Source of the DNA: Candidatus Krumholzibacteriota bacterium
Lineage (GTDB): Bacteria > Krumholzibacteriota > Krumholzibacteriia > Krumholzibacteriales > Krumholzibacteriaceae
Length of the DNA stretch: 34,932 nt
Direction: 5' to 3'
Assembly: GCA_030672805.1 (NCBI GenBank)
Contig: DAOVFR010000001.1
Span: 1-34,932, forward strand
The notes under the pieces were generated by a model. That model made no database searches, had not been told where the DNA came from, and saw only the letters and a list, made by a program, of their open reading frames with translations. Shown here piece after piece: positions 18,472-26,550 of the stretch (position 1 is the stretch's first letter; each line of letters starts with the position of its first letter). The translations under genes and the position numbers were made by a program.

Positions 18472-18522
18472 ATTCTGGGTCGTATCCTGTATGAGTGTCA
18501 AGGCTTTTTTTAGGCTTTTTTT
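18472..18522 (-). promoter_or_regulatory. Candidate promoter with phased A-tracts (UP-element-like)
   Basis: In minus sense the site reads AAAAAAAGCCT-AAAAAAAGCCT, a perfect 11-nt tandem at 18501-18522, running directly into the -35 TTGACA (18496-18501). An 18-nt spacer precedes the weak -10 CAGAAT (18472-18477). Confidence 0.35.
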
Positions 18523-18538
18523 CCGGTTTCCTCCAACG

Positions 18539-18961
18539 TCAGTAAACGAGCAGCGCCACAAGCAGACCGAGGGCGAAACCTCCCAACACTTCCGCCCATG
18601 TATGGCCGATGAGTTCGCGTAGTTCGTCGGCGTTGAAATGGTGTGTTTCCTTGACTGTTTCGATGATCTCGTTCAGGACCTTCGCCTGGTTGCCGACCTC
18701 CTGCCTGAGCCCGGTCGCCTCGAAGATGAAGTAGAGACTCATGATCAGCGATATACCGAACAACGGCGACGAGACTCCCTGGTAAACCGCCACACCGACG
18801 GTAAGCGCGGTGACAACCGCGGTATGGGAACTGGGCATCCCTCCTGTGTCCATGAATCGTATCAGCTTGAATCCACGTCTCTGTACGAGGTCCACGAATG
18901 GTTTCAACGCCTGCGCCGAGATTCCGCTGATGAGCGCCGCAATGCCGATCTTGTGAATCAT
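18539..18961 (-). CDS. Divergent PAP2-family membrane protein (DUF212, acid phosphatase/vanadium haloperoxidase-related)
   Basis: 140 aa and multi-pass hydrophobic, with the hallmark GGMPSSHTAVVTAL and N-terminal AQALKPFVDL typical of DUF212. Confidence 0.8.
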   Translation of the reverse strand: MIHKIGIAALISGISAQALKPFVDLVQRRGFKLIRFMDTGGMPSSHTAVVTALTVGVAVYQGVSSPLFGISLIMSLYFIFEATGLRQEVGNQAKVLNEIIETVKETHHFNADELRELIGHTWAEVLGGFALGLLVALLVY

Positions 18962-19030
18962 TTACGTCCCCGTGATGTGAAACGGCCGGCCGGGATCTCC
19001 CTTCAGCGGGAATGCAGCCGGCGTAAACGC

Positions 19031-20632
19031 TTACTCATCCCCAACCCGCCACTCGTGCAGGTTGTGATAGAAACTGACCGCATTCGGCTTCACGTTTCTG
19101 TACCGCCGGTGCAGTGCATTGAGCGCGTGGCCCACGTAGAGAAACGTATACGGCTGCTCCTCGTAGATGATCTCCTGGACCTGGAAGAAAAGGGGCTTTG
19201 CCTCCTCGAAATCGAGCATGCCGCAGGCAAGGTCGTTTAGACTGTCGACGACCGCGTTGCAGTAGTTGATCCTGTTGTACCCGCCCGGACCGCGAGCCTT
19301 GCATGCCCAGATCGGCGACAGGTCGGCCTTGGTGCTGACACGCCATGCGTTGACCATCGCCTCGAAATCGGAGGCCTTGATACGATCGAGAAAAACAGTC
19401 CACTCGAACTGCTCTATGTTGACCTTGATTCCGATCTTTCGCAGCATCTCCTGAACCATCACCTGCACATCCATCCTGATCTGGTTTCCGTAATTCGTGA
19501 TGAGCTCGAACTCGAACCGTTCACCATTCCGGTCGAGCCAGCCGTCCATGTCGCTGTCGGTGAATCCCTCCCCGGCGAGAATCTCCACGGCCCGTTCCGG
19601 ATCGAATGGAATCGGTTCAATGCCGGGATTGTACGCCCAGAGGATAGGCACGAAGGGACTTGTACATTCCTCGGCGTATCCGAAACGCAGGTTATCGATG
19701 ATCAGTTTCCTGTCGATCGCCATGGTGAGCGCACGCCTTACCGTGCGGCTTTCGAAAAGGGGGTGCCCGTTGTTCCAGCCGATATAAATATAAACACGCG
19801 ACGGATAGCTGAGGATCTCGATCTCGGGATTGTTGTCTTTCAGGCTTCCAACCTCGCCGGGTGGAATACTCTCCATGCAGTCAATCTCTCCGCTGCGAAG
19901 CTGCGTCAGCAGTGTTACCTGGTCGGGGATGATCTTGAATATGGCCCTCTCGAGGTACGGTTTGTCTTTCTCGTAGTACCGGTCGTATGGAAGGAGGGTC
20001 AGCGATTGTCCCCTGATCCACTCCCCGATACGAAACGGGCCGTTCGTCGGCAAATCTTCGGCGGGAATCATGCGTATCTCCCCAGCCGGGATGCTCTCCA
20101 GGAAATGCTTCGGCATGATCGGACCATCAACGGCATCCATCAACTGGTACGGGTAGACCCTGTTGAAATAGTAGACCGCCGTGTAATCATCGATCGCCCT
20201 GACGCTGTCGATGTATTCCTTGAGATGCCTGCTGCTCCAGAGAACCTCGGGGTCCTTCTGTGCCATGAACGTCGCCTCGACATCATGGGCGGTGCACCGA
20301 ATCCCGTCGCTCCACACCACGTCGTCTCTCAGGTGAAAGGTCAGCAGCTTCCGGTCCCCCGAGAACTCATACGATCTCGCGAGCCGCGGCGTGAAGGTGA
20401 GAAAATCGCCCTGCTCAACGAGCAGGGTTAGAAACATCAACTTGTAGATATCACGGGCATGAGCGTCGGTTGTCCCCATCGGGTTGAGCGACTCGAAGTT
20501 ACTGATCTCGCCGATGACCAGGGTGCCCCGCCGGCGCGGCCGTCCCTCCCGCGAGCATCCCGTGAACGAGGCTGCGACAGACACCAGCGCCATGCCGAAC
20601 AGCAAGTGGAAAATTATTCCTCGTGAATGCAT
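19031..20632 (-). CDS. ABC transporter substrate-binding lipoprotein, family 5 (peptide/nickel/oligosaccharide type)
   Basis: The preferred start is the ATG at 20630-20632, giving MHSRGIIFHLLFGMALVSVAASFTGC with a lipobox. Length and motifs fit SBP_bac_5 (LNPMGTTDAHARDIYKLMF, LTFHLRDDVVWSDG, NGPFRIGEW). Confidence 0.85.
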   Translation of the reverse strand: MHSRGIIFHLLFGMALVSVAASFTGCSREGRPRRRGTLVIGEISNFESLNPMGTTDAHARDIYKLMFLTLLVEQGDFLTFTPRLARSYEFSGDRKLLTFHLRDDVVWSDGIRCTAHDVEATFMAQKDPEVLWSSRHLKEYIDSVRAIDDYTAVYYFNRVYPYQLMDAVDGPIMPKHFLESIPAGEIRMIPAEDLPTNGPFRIGEWIRGQSLTLLPYDRYYEKDKPYLERAIFKIIPDQVTLLTQLRSGEIDCMESIPPGEVGSLKDNNPEIEILSYPSRVYIYIGWNNGHPLFESRTVRRALTMAIDRKLIIDNLRFGYAEECTSPFVPILWAYNPGIEPIPFDPERAVEILAGEGFTDSDMDGWLDRNGERFEFELITNYGNQIRMDVQVMVQEMLRKIGIKVNIEQFEWTVFLDRIKASDFEAMVNAWRVSTKADLSPIWACKARGPGGYNRINYCNAVVDSLNDLACGMLDFEEAKPLFFQVQEIIYEEQPYTFLYVGHALNALHRRYRNVKPNAVSFYHNLHEWRVGDE

Positions 20633-20836
20633 TTTCAACCTTTCTCTTGTGTTCCTGTATCTATTTAAATATACATGCAATATTATTTTCCGTAATTCAA
20701 CGTTTCATAGTAACGATAAGGCGCAAAACTTGCAAGTCCCACGATAACGGCAATCGGGCCGGGCACAGTGGTATTGATGCCCGGGGAACGAATCTGGCCG
20801 GCACGGCCATAATCAAGCAGCAGGAAGGACCGATAC

Positions 20837-22477
20837 ATGAAGCCCGCAAAGTTGAGATCACTGGCCTTTTCAAGCATTGTCGCCCTGGCAGTGTTTGTTA
20901 TGGGCTGTTCCGAAGACACGACCGATACAACCGAACAGCCCGCACAGGACACAACCCCGCCGGAAGTGCTGGCATCCTTTCCCGCGGACGGGGCAACGGA
21001 CGTTACGAGGAGCGGACCGTTCTGGGTGCTGTTCAGCGAGGAAATGGACACTGAAACTGTCGAGTCGAACGTTTCATTCATCCCCGGTATTTACCACAAC
21101 CTCTCCTGGAAGAACGATACCCTTTTCGTCAACCTGACCTCGCTCCTCGAGAACGATTACCTCTATTCGATGGTGATCGGTGAAAACTGCGAGGACACGT
21201 CGGGTAACGAGCTCGGCGCCGACCACACCGTCTCTTTCAACACGACGGGCGAAGAGGACGTAACGGCCCCGTACGTCATCGGAACCGACCCGTCCAACGG
21301 GGAAAACGATGTCAGCCCGTCGAACCCGATTACGATCACCTTCAGCGAGATGATGGCCGGCATGTTCGACTGGAGTCAGCAGAACGATATCGAGATCGAT
21401 CCCGTACCGGACGAATTCGAAACATGGATGGAGTGGCTGGGTCTCGACCTTGTGATATATCACCCTCCCTTCCCGACCGACAGCCTCATCACGGTGACGG
21501 TCAGCGGAGCGGCGACCGATCTCTCGGGCAATCCAATGGGTGATGTCTGCCAGTTCTCGTTCAGGACGCTCGATGACAACGTAAGGCCGTATCTCGCCGG
21601 CACGTCACCACCGAACGGCGCAACGGGCGTTCCAAGAAACATAAGCCAGATCGTCATGACCTTCAGCGAGCCGATGTACCCGTATTTCGGTATGCCGGCT
21701 TCGAACGTCGACGCGCGGATCATTGGATTACTCTCATCCGAACCGGCTTGGAACGATGACTACTCATCGATCACGCTGACACCGGCAATGAACCTGTTTC
21801 CGGGCTGCACATACTGGGTGATCCTCGGTGCCGGTGTGACCGACCAGGCGGGCAACCCGATCGATCCGGATCCGACGGAATACTCATTTACAACCTCCGG
21901 GGCGCCACAGTACTTCCTCGTTGAATCGAGCATCATCTGGTACTCCTCAATCACCAGTGCTTACGAGGAAACCAGGAGAATCGAGAACTACAATCCCGGC
22001 ACGGGAACGTTCGACATCGTTTTCGAGGAAGTATCGGAGATCCGCGAGATCTGGCACATGCAGTGGACGTCGACCTGTATCCTGCATCTCGGCAGGGACG
22101 AGTACGACGGCGGTATCTACGAGTTCACCATGACATGGAACGATCCGATGTCATTCCTGAAACTGCCCGTAACGGACTGGGCCGACAGCACATGGGAGTC
22201 CTCGACCACGTTCGAGGGCGGATCGGGTACGGAAACGATCGACTGCGAGTTCCATATCGGAGGAGAAGCGGTTGACCTGGAAAACGATGAGCTCGAAGGC
22301 ACATTCAAGGGTTGCTACATTCACAGCATGTCGGTTACCCTGAACAAGGGAACGGGCGGCGAGCACGCGATACATTACACGTCATGGCTTGCACCGGGAA
22401 TCGGCTGGATCAAGACAGCGATCGAAGATGATTACAATCCGCCGGACACGCTCGTAGTTTACCGCTGGGAATTATAA
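20837..22477 (+). CDS. Lipoprotein with three SbsA_Ig/Big_5-like repeats and an uncharacterised C-terminal domain
   Basis: The signal and lipobox read MKPAKLRSLAFSSIVALAVFVMGC. Three repeats have the pattern D-x-x-x-P-x-x-x-x-[ST]-x-P-x-[DN]-G-x-x-[DG]-V: DTTPPEVLASFPADGATDV, DVTAPYVIGTDPSNGENDV and DNVRPYLAGTSPPNGATGV. I recognise nothing in the C-terminal ~200 aa. Confidence 0.75.
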   Translation: MKPAKLRSLAFSSIVALAVFVMGCSEDTTDTTEQPAQDTTPPEVLASFPADGATDVTRSGPFWVLFSEEMDTETVESNVSFIPGIYHNLSWKNDTLFVNLTSLLENDYLYSMVIGENCEDTSGNELGADHTVSFNTTGEEDVTAPYVIGTDPSNGENDVSPSNPITITFSEMMAGMFDWSQQNDIEIDPVPDEFETWMEWLGLDLVIYHPPFPTDSLITVTVSGAATDLSGNPMGDVCQFSFRTLDDNVRPYLAGTSPPNGATGVPRNISQIVMTFSEPMYPYFGMPASNVDARIIGLLSSEPAWNDDYSSITLTPAMNLFPGCTYWVILGAGVTDQAGNPIDPDPTEYSFTTSGAPQYFLVESSIIWYSSITSAYEETRRIENYNPGTGTFDIVFEEVSEIREIWHMQWTSTCILHLGRDEYDGGIYEFTMTWNDPMSFLKLPVTDWADSTWESSTTFEGGSGTETIDCEFHIGGEAVDLENDELEGTFKGCYIHSMSVTLNKGTGGEHAIHYTSWLAPGIGWIKTAIEDDYNPPDTLVVYRWEL

Positions 22478-22536
22478 TCGGGTGATGCACACAGGAACGG
22501 ACCGGCTCGGTCCGGTTCGAGCCCTCGGGAATTCGA

Positions 22537-23700
22537 TTGGTAGAGACGGGAATCGATATACTGTTGCGGGAGGCCCGGACACGCCTGCAGGGCAGGCGTA
22601 TCGGGCTTCTTGCCAATCCGGCGTCAGTGACGGCCGACCTTCGTCACGCGGCGGAAGCACTCGTCTCGAACGGTGTGCGTCTCTCCTGCCTGTTCGGTCC
22701 CCAGCACGGTTATCGCGGTGACACCCAGGCGAACATGGTCGAATGGAAGGGCTTCAGGCACGAAACGCTCGGGATACCGGTACACTCGCTCTACGGGAAG
22801 AGCCGCGAACCGGATGCGTCGGTGCTCCGGGAGCTGGACACAATCATCATCGACCTGCCCGACGCCGGGGCCCGGCCGTACACATATATCTGGACCGCCG
22901 TCCTGATGATGCGCGCGTGTGCCGGGACGGGTACGGAGGTTATCGTCTGTGACCGGCCGAACCCGATCGGGGGCGAACTGGTCGAGGGGCCGCTGCTCGA
23001 ACCGGGCCTCTTCTCCTTTGTCGGGCTTTTCCCGCTCGTGATGAGACACGGGATGACGCCGGGCGAGATACTCACGATGATCGACACGGCCGGGGAACCG
23101 GCCTGCCGTCTCGAGGTTGTGCGGATGGCCGGATGGAAACGCTCGATGTACTTCGAGGAAACCGGCCTGCCGTGGGTGCTCCCTTCGCCGAACATCCCGA
23201 CCGCCGACACTGCCGCAGTCTACCCGGGAACGGTGATGCTCGAGGGAACGAACATCTCCGAGGGACGGGGCACGACACGGCCCTTCGAGATCATCGGCGC
23301 CCCATGGATAGAACCCGGTCCCTTCGCAGACGCGCTGCGCGGGTTCCCCATCGAGGGAGCGGCACTCCGGCCATGCCGTTTTACGCCGACGTGGGATAAA
23401 TACCATGGCGAGGTATGCGGAGGCGTCCAGGTCCACGTACTCGACCGGGAACGTTTCCGGCCGGTGCGGTTCGGGGCCGAAGTCATCGGAGCCGCCGCCG
23501 CTCTGTATCCGGATCGGTTCGCCTGGAGCGAACCTCCGTACGAATACGATTTCGAGCATCCCCCTATCGACATCCTTTCGGGAAGCGAGAAATTGAGGAA
23601 ATCGGCCGGGAAGAAGACGGGGCTGGCGGAACTGTTCCGGTCGTGGGATAGGGACGAGGCGGAGTTTTCACGCCGGAGAGAACCTTTCCTGCTTTACTAA
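22537..23700 (+). CDS. DUF1343 family protein (NamZ-like exo-beta-N-acetylmuramidase)
   Basis: TTG start with no in-frame ATG nearby. Hallmark DUF1343 motifs are present: RIGLLANPASV, LFGPQHGYRGD, IIDLPDAGARPYTYIWT and VCDRPNPIGG. Confidence 0.85.
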   Translation: MVETGIDILLREARTRLQGRRIGLLANPASVTADLRHAAEALVSNGVRLSCLFGPQHGYRGDTQANMVEWKGFRHETLGIPVHSLYGKSREPDASVLRELDTIIIDLPDAGARPYTYIWTAVLMMRACAGTGTEVIVCDRPNPIGGELVEGPLLEPGLFSFVGLFPLVMRHGMTPGEILTMIDTAGEPACRLEVVRMAGWKRSMYFEETGLPWVLPSPNIPTADTAAVYPGTVMLEGTNISEGRGTTRPFEIIGAPWIEPGPFADALRGFPIEGAALRPCRFTPTWDKYHGEVCGGVQVHVLDRERFRPVRFGAEVIGAAAALYPDRFAWSEPPYEYDFEHPPIDILSGSEKLRKSAGKKTGLAELFRSWDRDEAEFSRRREPFLLY

Positions 23701-23783
23701 TCGGCCCGCTTTATCAATAATCGCCCCCAGCAAGTCCACTGACCTATCTCGAAGCTGCGCCCTACGGTAACCGGGTCTGTCAT

Positions 23784-24767
23784 ATGGATCGTTCATCCAA
23801 TCGTGAATCGGTCGCAGGAGTGATCCTCACCGCCGGGCTCGGAAGGCGGATGAGGCCTATCACGGAGACCGTTCCGAAACCGCTTCTTCCCGTCCTTGGA
23901 ATTCCCCTCTTCGAGGTCATCGCAGAGAAGCTCCTGCGGAGCGGGGCCGCCCGTATCCACTGCAACCTCTTTCACCTCGGCGAGAGAATCGAGGCGTTCG
24001 CCTCATCGATGGACCGGCCGCTCACCTTCCATCACGAGGAACGCCTCCTCGGAATCGGAGGCGGAATCGGACATATGGCCCAACACCTGGAGCGGTACGG
24101 AGTTATCATGATCCATAACGGGGACATAGTCTCGAACATCGATTTCGCACCGGTTCTCCGGTACCACGCGGAACGGGGGCAGCTCGTTACCCTTGTTCTC
24201 TCCCCGGAGGGACCGGTACGGAACGTCTGGTGTACCGGTACGGGAGAGGTGCGGCGCTTCGGCACGTTCGATTCGCCGGATGAACCGGACGTCAAGGCAC
24301 TCGGGTACACGGGACTCTCTGTCATATCGGCTGGAGCCCTCTCCTTCTTCCCGCGCGGCGTGCCGGGAGGTCTCGCCCCGATCCTCCATGCGATGATCGA
24401 GGAGCATCCCGGCTCCGTGCATGGACTGGATATTTCCACGATCGACCCCCGGTACCTGTGGAACGAGATCGGATCTCCACGGTCGTACCTCGACGTGCAC
24501 AGAACAATACTGGTCGAGAAGACCGTCTACGACCGTCTTCTCCCGCCCCCTCCCCTTCCGCTTCACGTGGGTGAAGGGGCTTTCGTGGCGCCGGATGCAG
24601 TCTGGCGGGGCTTTCTCGAGGTCGGTCCGGGAGCCCGTGTCGGACGAAACACGGTTCTCGAAAACTGCGTCATCCTCGAAGGGACGGCCGTACCCGGGGA
24701 CACCTCGTACCGCAACGCGATCATCTATCCCGGAGGAAGTCTCGAAACGGAGCGGAGCAATGAATAA
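23784..24767 (+). CDS. Sugar-1-phosphate nucleotidyltransferase (MurU-like) with a C-terminal hexapeptide-repeat extension
   Basis: The NTP_transferase N-terminus is GVILTAGLGRRMRPITETVPKPLLPV. The C-terminal ~70 aa carry left-handed beta-helix-like repeats (VGPGARVGRNTVLENCVILEGTAVPGDTSYRNAIIYPGG). Its end overlaps the downstream kinase start by 8 nt. Confidence 0.8.
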   Translation: MDRSSNRESVAGVILTAGLGRRMRPITETVPKPLLPVLGIPLFEVIAEKLLRSGAARIHCNLFHLGERIEAFASSMDRPLTFHHEERLLGIGGGIGHMAQHLERYGVIMIHNGDIVSNIDFAPVLRYHAERGQLVTLVLSPEGPVRNVWCTGTGEVRRFGTFDSPDEPDVKALGYTGLSVISAGALSFFPRGVPGGLAPILHAMIEEHPGSVHGLDISTIDPRYLWNEIGSPRSYLDVHRTILVEKTVYDRLLPPPPLPLHVGEGAFVAPDAVWRGFLEVGPGARVGRNTVLENCVILEGTAVPGDTSYRNAIIYPGGSLETERSNE

Positions 24768-25794
24768 CGATCCCGCATTCCTGAAAGACCTGGCCGAAAC
24801 CGCCGTCCGCCTCGCCGTACAGTCGGACCGGGGCCCGTTCGACGGTCCGGCGGAATTGACCCCGCTCGCGCACGGCGGGTCGCACAGGGGTTTCTACCGT
24901 ATATCGGACGGAATACGGTCGGCCGTCGTTCTCTCCCAGCCCGGCGCCGGCGAGTTCGAACGGTACGTCGAGATTGGCGCTTTCTTGCGCAAGAACGGCG
25001 TCGGCGTACCTGAATTCTACAACGTGGACCGGCAGCGCGGCGTGCTCCTGATGGAAGACCTCGGCGGGCTCCACCTCGAGGACTGGCTCGAGGAAGCGGA
25101 TCCCGGGAGTGAACTCGCACTGTACAGGATGTGTATCGAGATGCTGGTACTTCTCGAGACGGCGGTCACGGCAGCGATGAAGCGGGAAGGTTTCCTCGAG
25201 GAAACCGTGTTCGACGAAAAAACACTTCTCGGCGAGACGGAATACTTTGCGAGGGAGTTCATCGACGGGTACTGCCCCGTTAGATACGCCGGCGGGTGGG
25301 AAAGCGAGAGGACGCTCCTCGCCGGGACGCTCGCCGGACGTCCCCGACTGTTCATGCACCGCGATTTCCAGTGCAGGAACATCATCGTCAAGGACGGCAA
25401 GCCGAGATTGATCGATTTCCAGGCGGCCCACCGGGGACCCGGCCTCTACGACGCCGCGTCGCTGCTCAAGGACCCCTATCACCCGCTCGACCGGGAAGCG
25501 AGAATCGGACTTCTCGCCTTCTTTCATGACAGGTTGAAGGAAGCCGGGGCGCCCGTACCGCCCGGTTTCGGGGAATACGCCGGGCTCTTCGTCCTTGCGG
25601 GAATCCAGCGGAACCTGCAGGCGCTCGCCGCCTTTGCACGACTGGGCCTGAGAGAGGGAAAACGGCATTTCCTCCGTTACATCCCCGCCGGCGTGCGGCT
25701 TCTCGAAGAGGGTATCGAGGAGGCGGGATGCCTGCCCGCCCTGAAACAGATGGTCACCGAGATCGGAGAGAAAATATCGAAAGGAATTGAGTAG
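24760..25794 (+). CDS. Aminoglycoside-phosphotransferase-fold sugar kinase (AmgK-like anomeric MurNAc/GlcNAc kinase)
   Basis: The start is the ATG at 24760 (MNNDPAFL); the track ORF 24421.. begins inside the upstream gene. APH-fold catalytic motifs are LFMHRDFQCRNIIV and RLIDFQAAHRGPGLYDAASLLKDPY. It is coupled to a nucleotidyltransferase, as in known amgK-murU pairs. Confidence 0.75.
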   Translation: MNNDPAFLKDLAETAVRLAVQSDRGPFDGPAELTPLAHGGSHRGFYRISDGIRSAVVLSQPGAGEFERYVEIGAFLRKNGVGVPEFYNVDRQRGVLLMEDLGGLHLEDWLEEADPGSELALYRMCIEMLVLLETAVTAAMKREGFLEETVFDEKTLLGETEYFAREFIDGYCPVRYAGGWESERTLLAGTLAGRPRLFMHRDFQCRNIIVKDGKPRLIDFQAAHRGPGLYDAASLLKDPYHPLDREARIGLLAFFHDRLKEAGAPVPPGFGEYAGLFVLAGIQRNLQALAAFARLGLREGKRHFLRYIPAGVRLLEEGIEEAGCLPALKQMVTEIGEKISKGIE

Positions 25795-25795
25795 A

Positions 25796-26062
25796 ATGTG
25801 GAAGATCTTCGCTGCTTCGTTCGGGATCATGTTTCTAGCCGAGATCGGCGATAAGACACAACTCGCGGCAATCTCACTCGCAACAAGATACCGATCACCC
25901 TGGGCCGTCTTCGCCGGAGCGGGACTCGCCATGCTGCTCGCCACCGCCGCCGGCATCCTTGTCGGAAGCTACCTGCCGGCCCTGATCGGAGAACGGGTGA
26001 TCCGCTTCGTCTCGGGCGGGCTGTTCGTGTTGTTCGGTGTCCTGATTATACTCGGCAAGTAG
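25796..26062 (+). CDS. UPF0016 (TMEM165/GDT1) family cation transporter, single-repeat half-size form
   Basis: The ATG at 25796 lies directly after the kinase stop. The protein is 88 aa with three hydrophobic segments and the family signature E-x-G-D-K-T (LAEIGDKTQLA). Confidence 0.75.
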   Translation: MWKIFAASFGIMFLAEIGDKTQLAAISLATRYRSPWAVFAGAGLAMLLATAAGILVGSYLPALIGERVIRFVSGGLFVLFGVLIILGK

Positions 26063-26099
26063 TATCAAACAGCCTTATCTTGGCAGGGGCGCCCCATCT

Positions 26100-26360
26100 C
26101 TACTCCTCGATAACCTTGAAAACCAAGTCGTGCGATCTCACACGGTCCTTCACCTTGATACCGACATTCGAGCCGACTCCGGCCTCTTCCACGGACTCGT
26201 GCTCGATCTGAATCGAGTTGATCTTCTGCGTGAAATCGGTAGTGTGCCCTTTGAAATGGAGGGTGTCACCCACCTTGATATCTTCCGAGGTGATCTCTAT
26301 CGCCACGACGCCGATATGCGCGAAATAATCGGCCACCTTTCCGACCTCGATCTCCTTCAT
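26100..26360 (-). CDS. Small translation-elongation-factor-like protein (EF-Tu domain II-like beta-barrel)
   Basis: 86 aa, MKEIEVGKVADYFAHIGVVAIEIT..IKVGDTLHFKG..IEHESVEEAGVGSNVGIKV, resembling stand-alone GTP_EFTU_D2-like proteins. The RBS GAAGGGAGGG precedes the ATG. Confidence 0.6.
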   Translation of the reverse strand: MKEIEVGKVADYFAHIGVVAIEITSEDIKVGDTLHFKGHTTDFTQKINSIQIEHESVEEAGVGSNVGIKVKDRVRSHDLVFKVIEE

Positions 26361-26386
26361 GTTTCCCTCCCTTCAACATATCAACG

Positions 26387-26415
26387 ATTATCCTTAAATC
26401 CCGATTCACTTTGAA
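26387..26415 (-). promoter_or_regulatory. Candidate sigma70-type promoter of the EF-like small gene
   Basis: In minus sense the site reads TTCAAA (26410-26415), a 17-nt spacer, then GATAAT (26387-26392), about 25 nt upstream of the start codon. Confidence 0.4.
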
Positions 26416-26550
26416 CTGTAGAGAATTCATCCAGCGTTTACAAGCAATAAAAACCTGTGCAGAAACAACAGCGCACGGCGAAGGCGAGCACGGTGGGGCT
26501 GGCCGGCGACAGGACCCGCGGTGGGTCCGTACGGGAAAAAGTTCATGCGG

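Noticed and set aside
18316-18561. An 81-aa minus-strand ORF in the gap upstream of the ParA-CBM48 gene.
   Set aside because: It would start inside the DUF212 coding region and has no RBS. It is Cys-rich and looks odd in composition. The region is better explained as a non-coding leader or sRNA.
18449-18983. parS-like half-sites GTGAAAACA (18449-18457) and GTGAAAC (18977-18983) near the ParA-like operon.
   Set aside because: Neither site has the complementary TGTTTCAC half, so no full 16-bp parS palindrome is present.
22498-22514. The GC hairpin CGGACCG-GCT-CGGTCCG after the Ig-lipoprotein gene.
   Set aside because: It has a 3-nt loop and a tail (GTTCGAG) with only two U, so evidence for an intrinsic terminator is insufficient.
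24721-25956. A 411-aa minus-strand ORF.
   Set aside because: It is entirely antisense to the AmgK-like kinase and the UPF0016 gene, with Arg/Pro/Gly-rich composition and no recognisable domain. The same reasoning applies to 9011..10042 (antisense to DegT), 12141..13136 and 12752..13501 (antisense to clpB), 3948..4655 and 22624..23559.
26086-26095. The GGGGCGCCCC palindrome between the convergent UPF0016 and EF-like genes, considered as a bidirectional terminator.
   Set aside because: It leaves no loop nucleotides and has no flanking T or A tracts, so it is not a credible intrinsic terminator.
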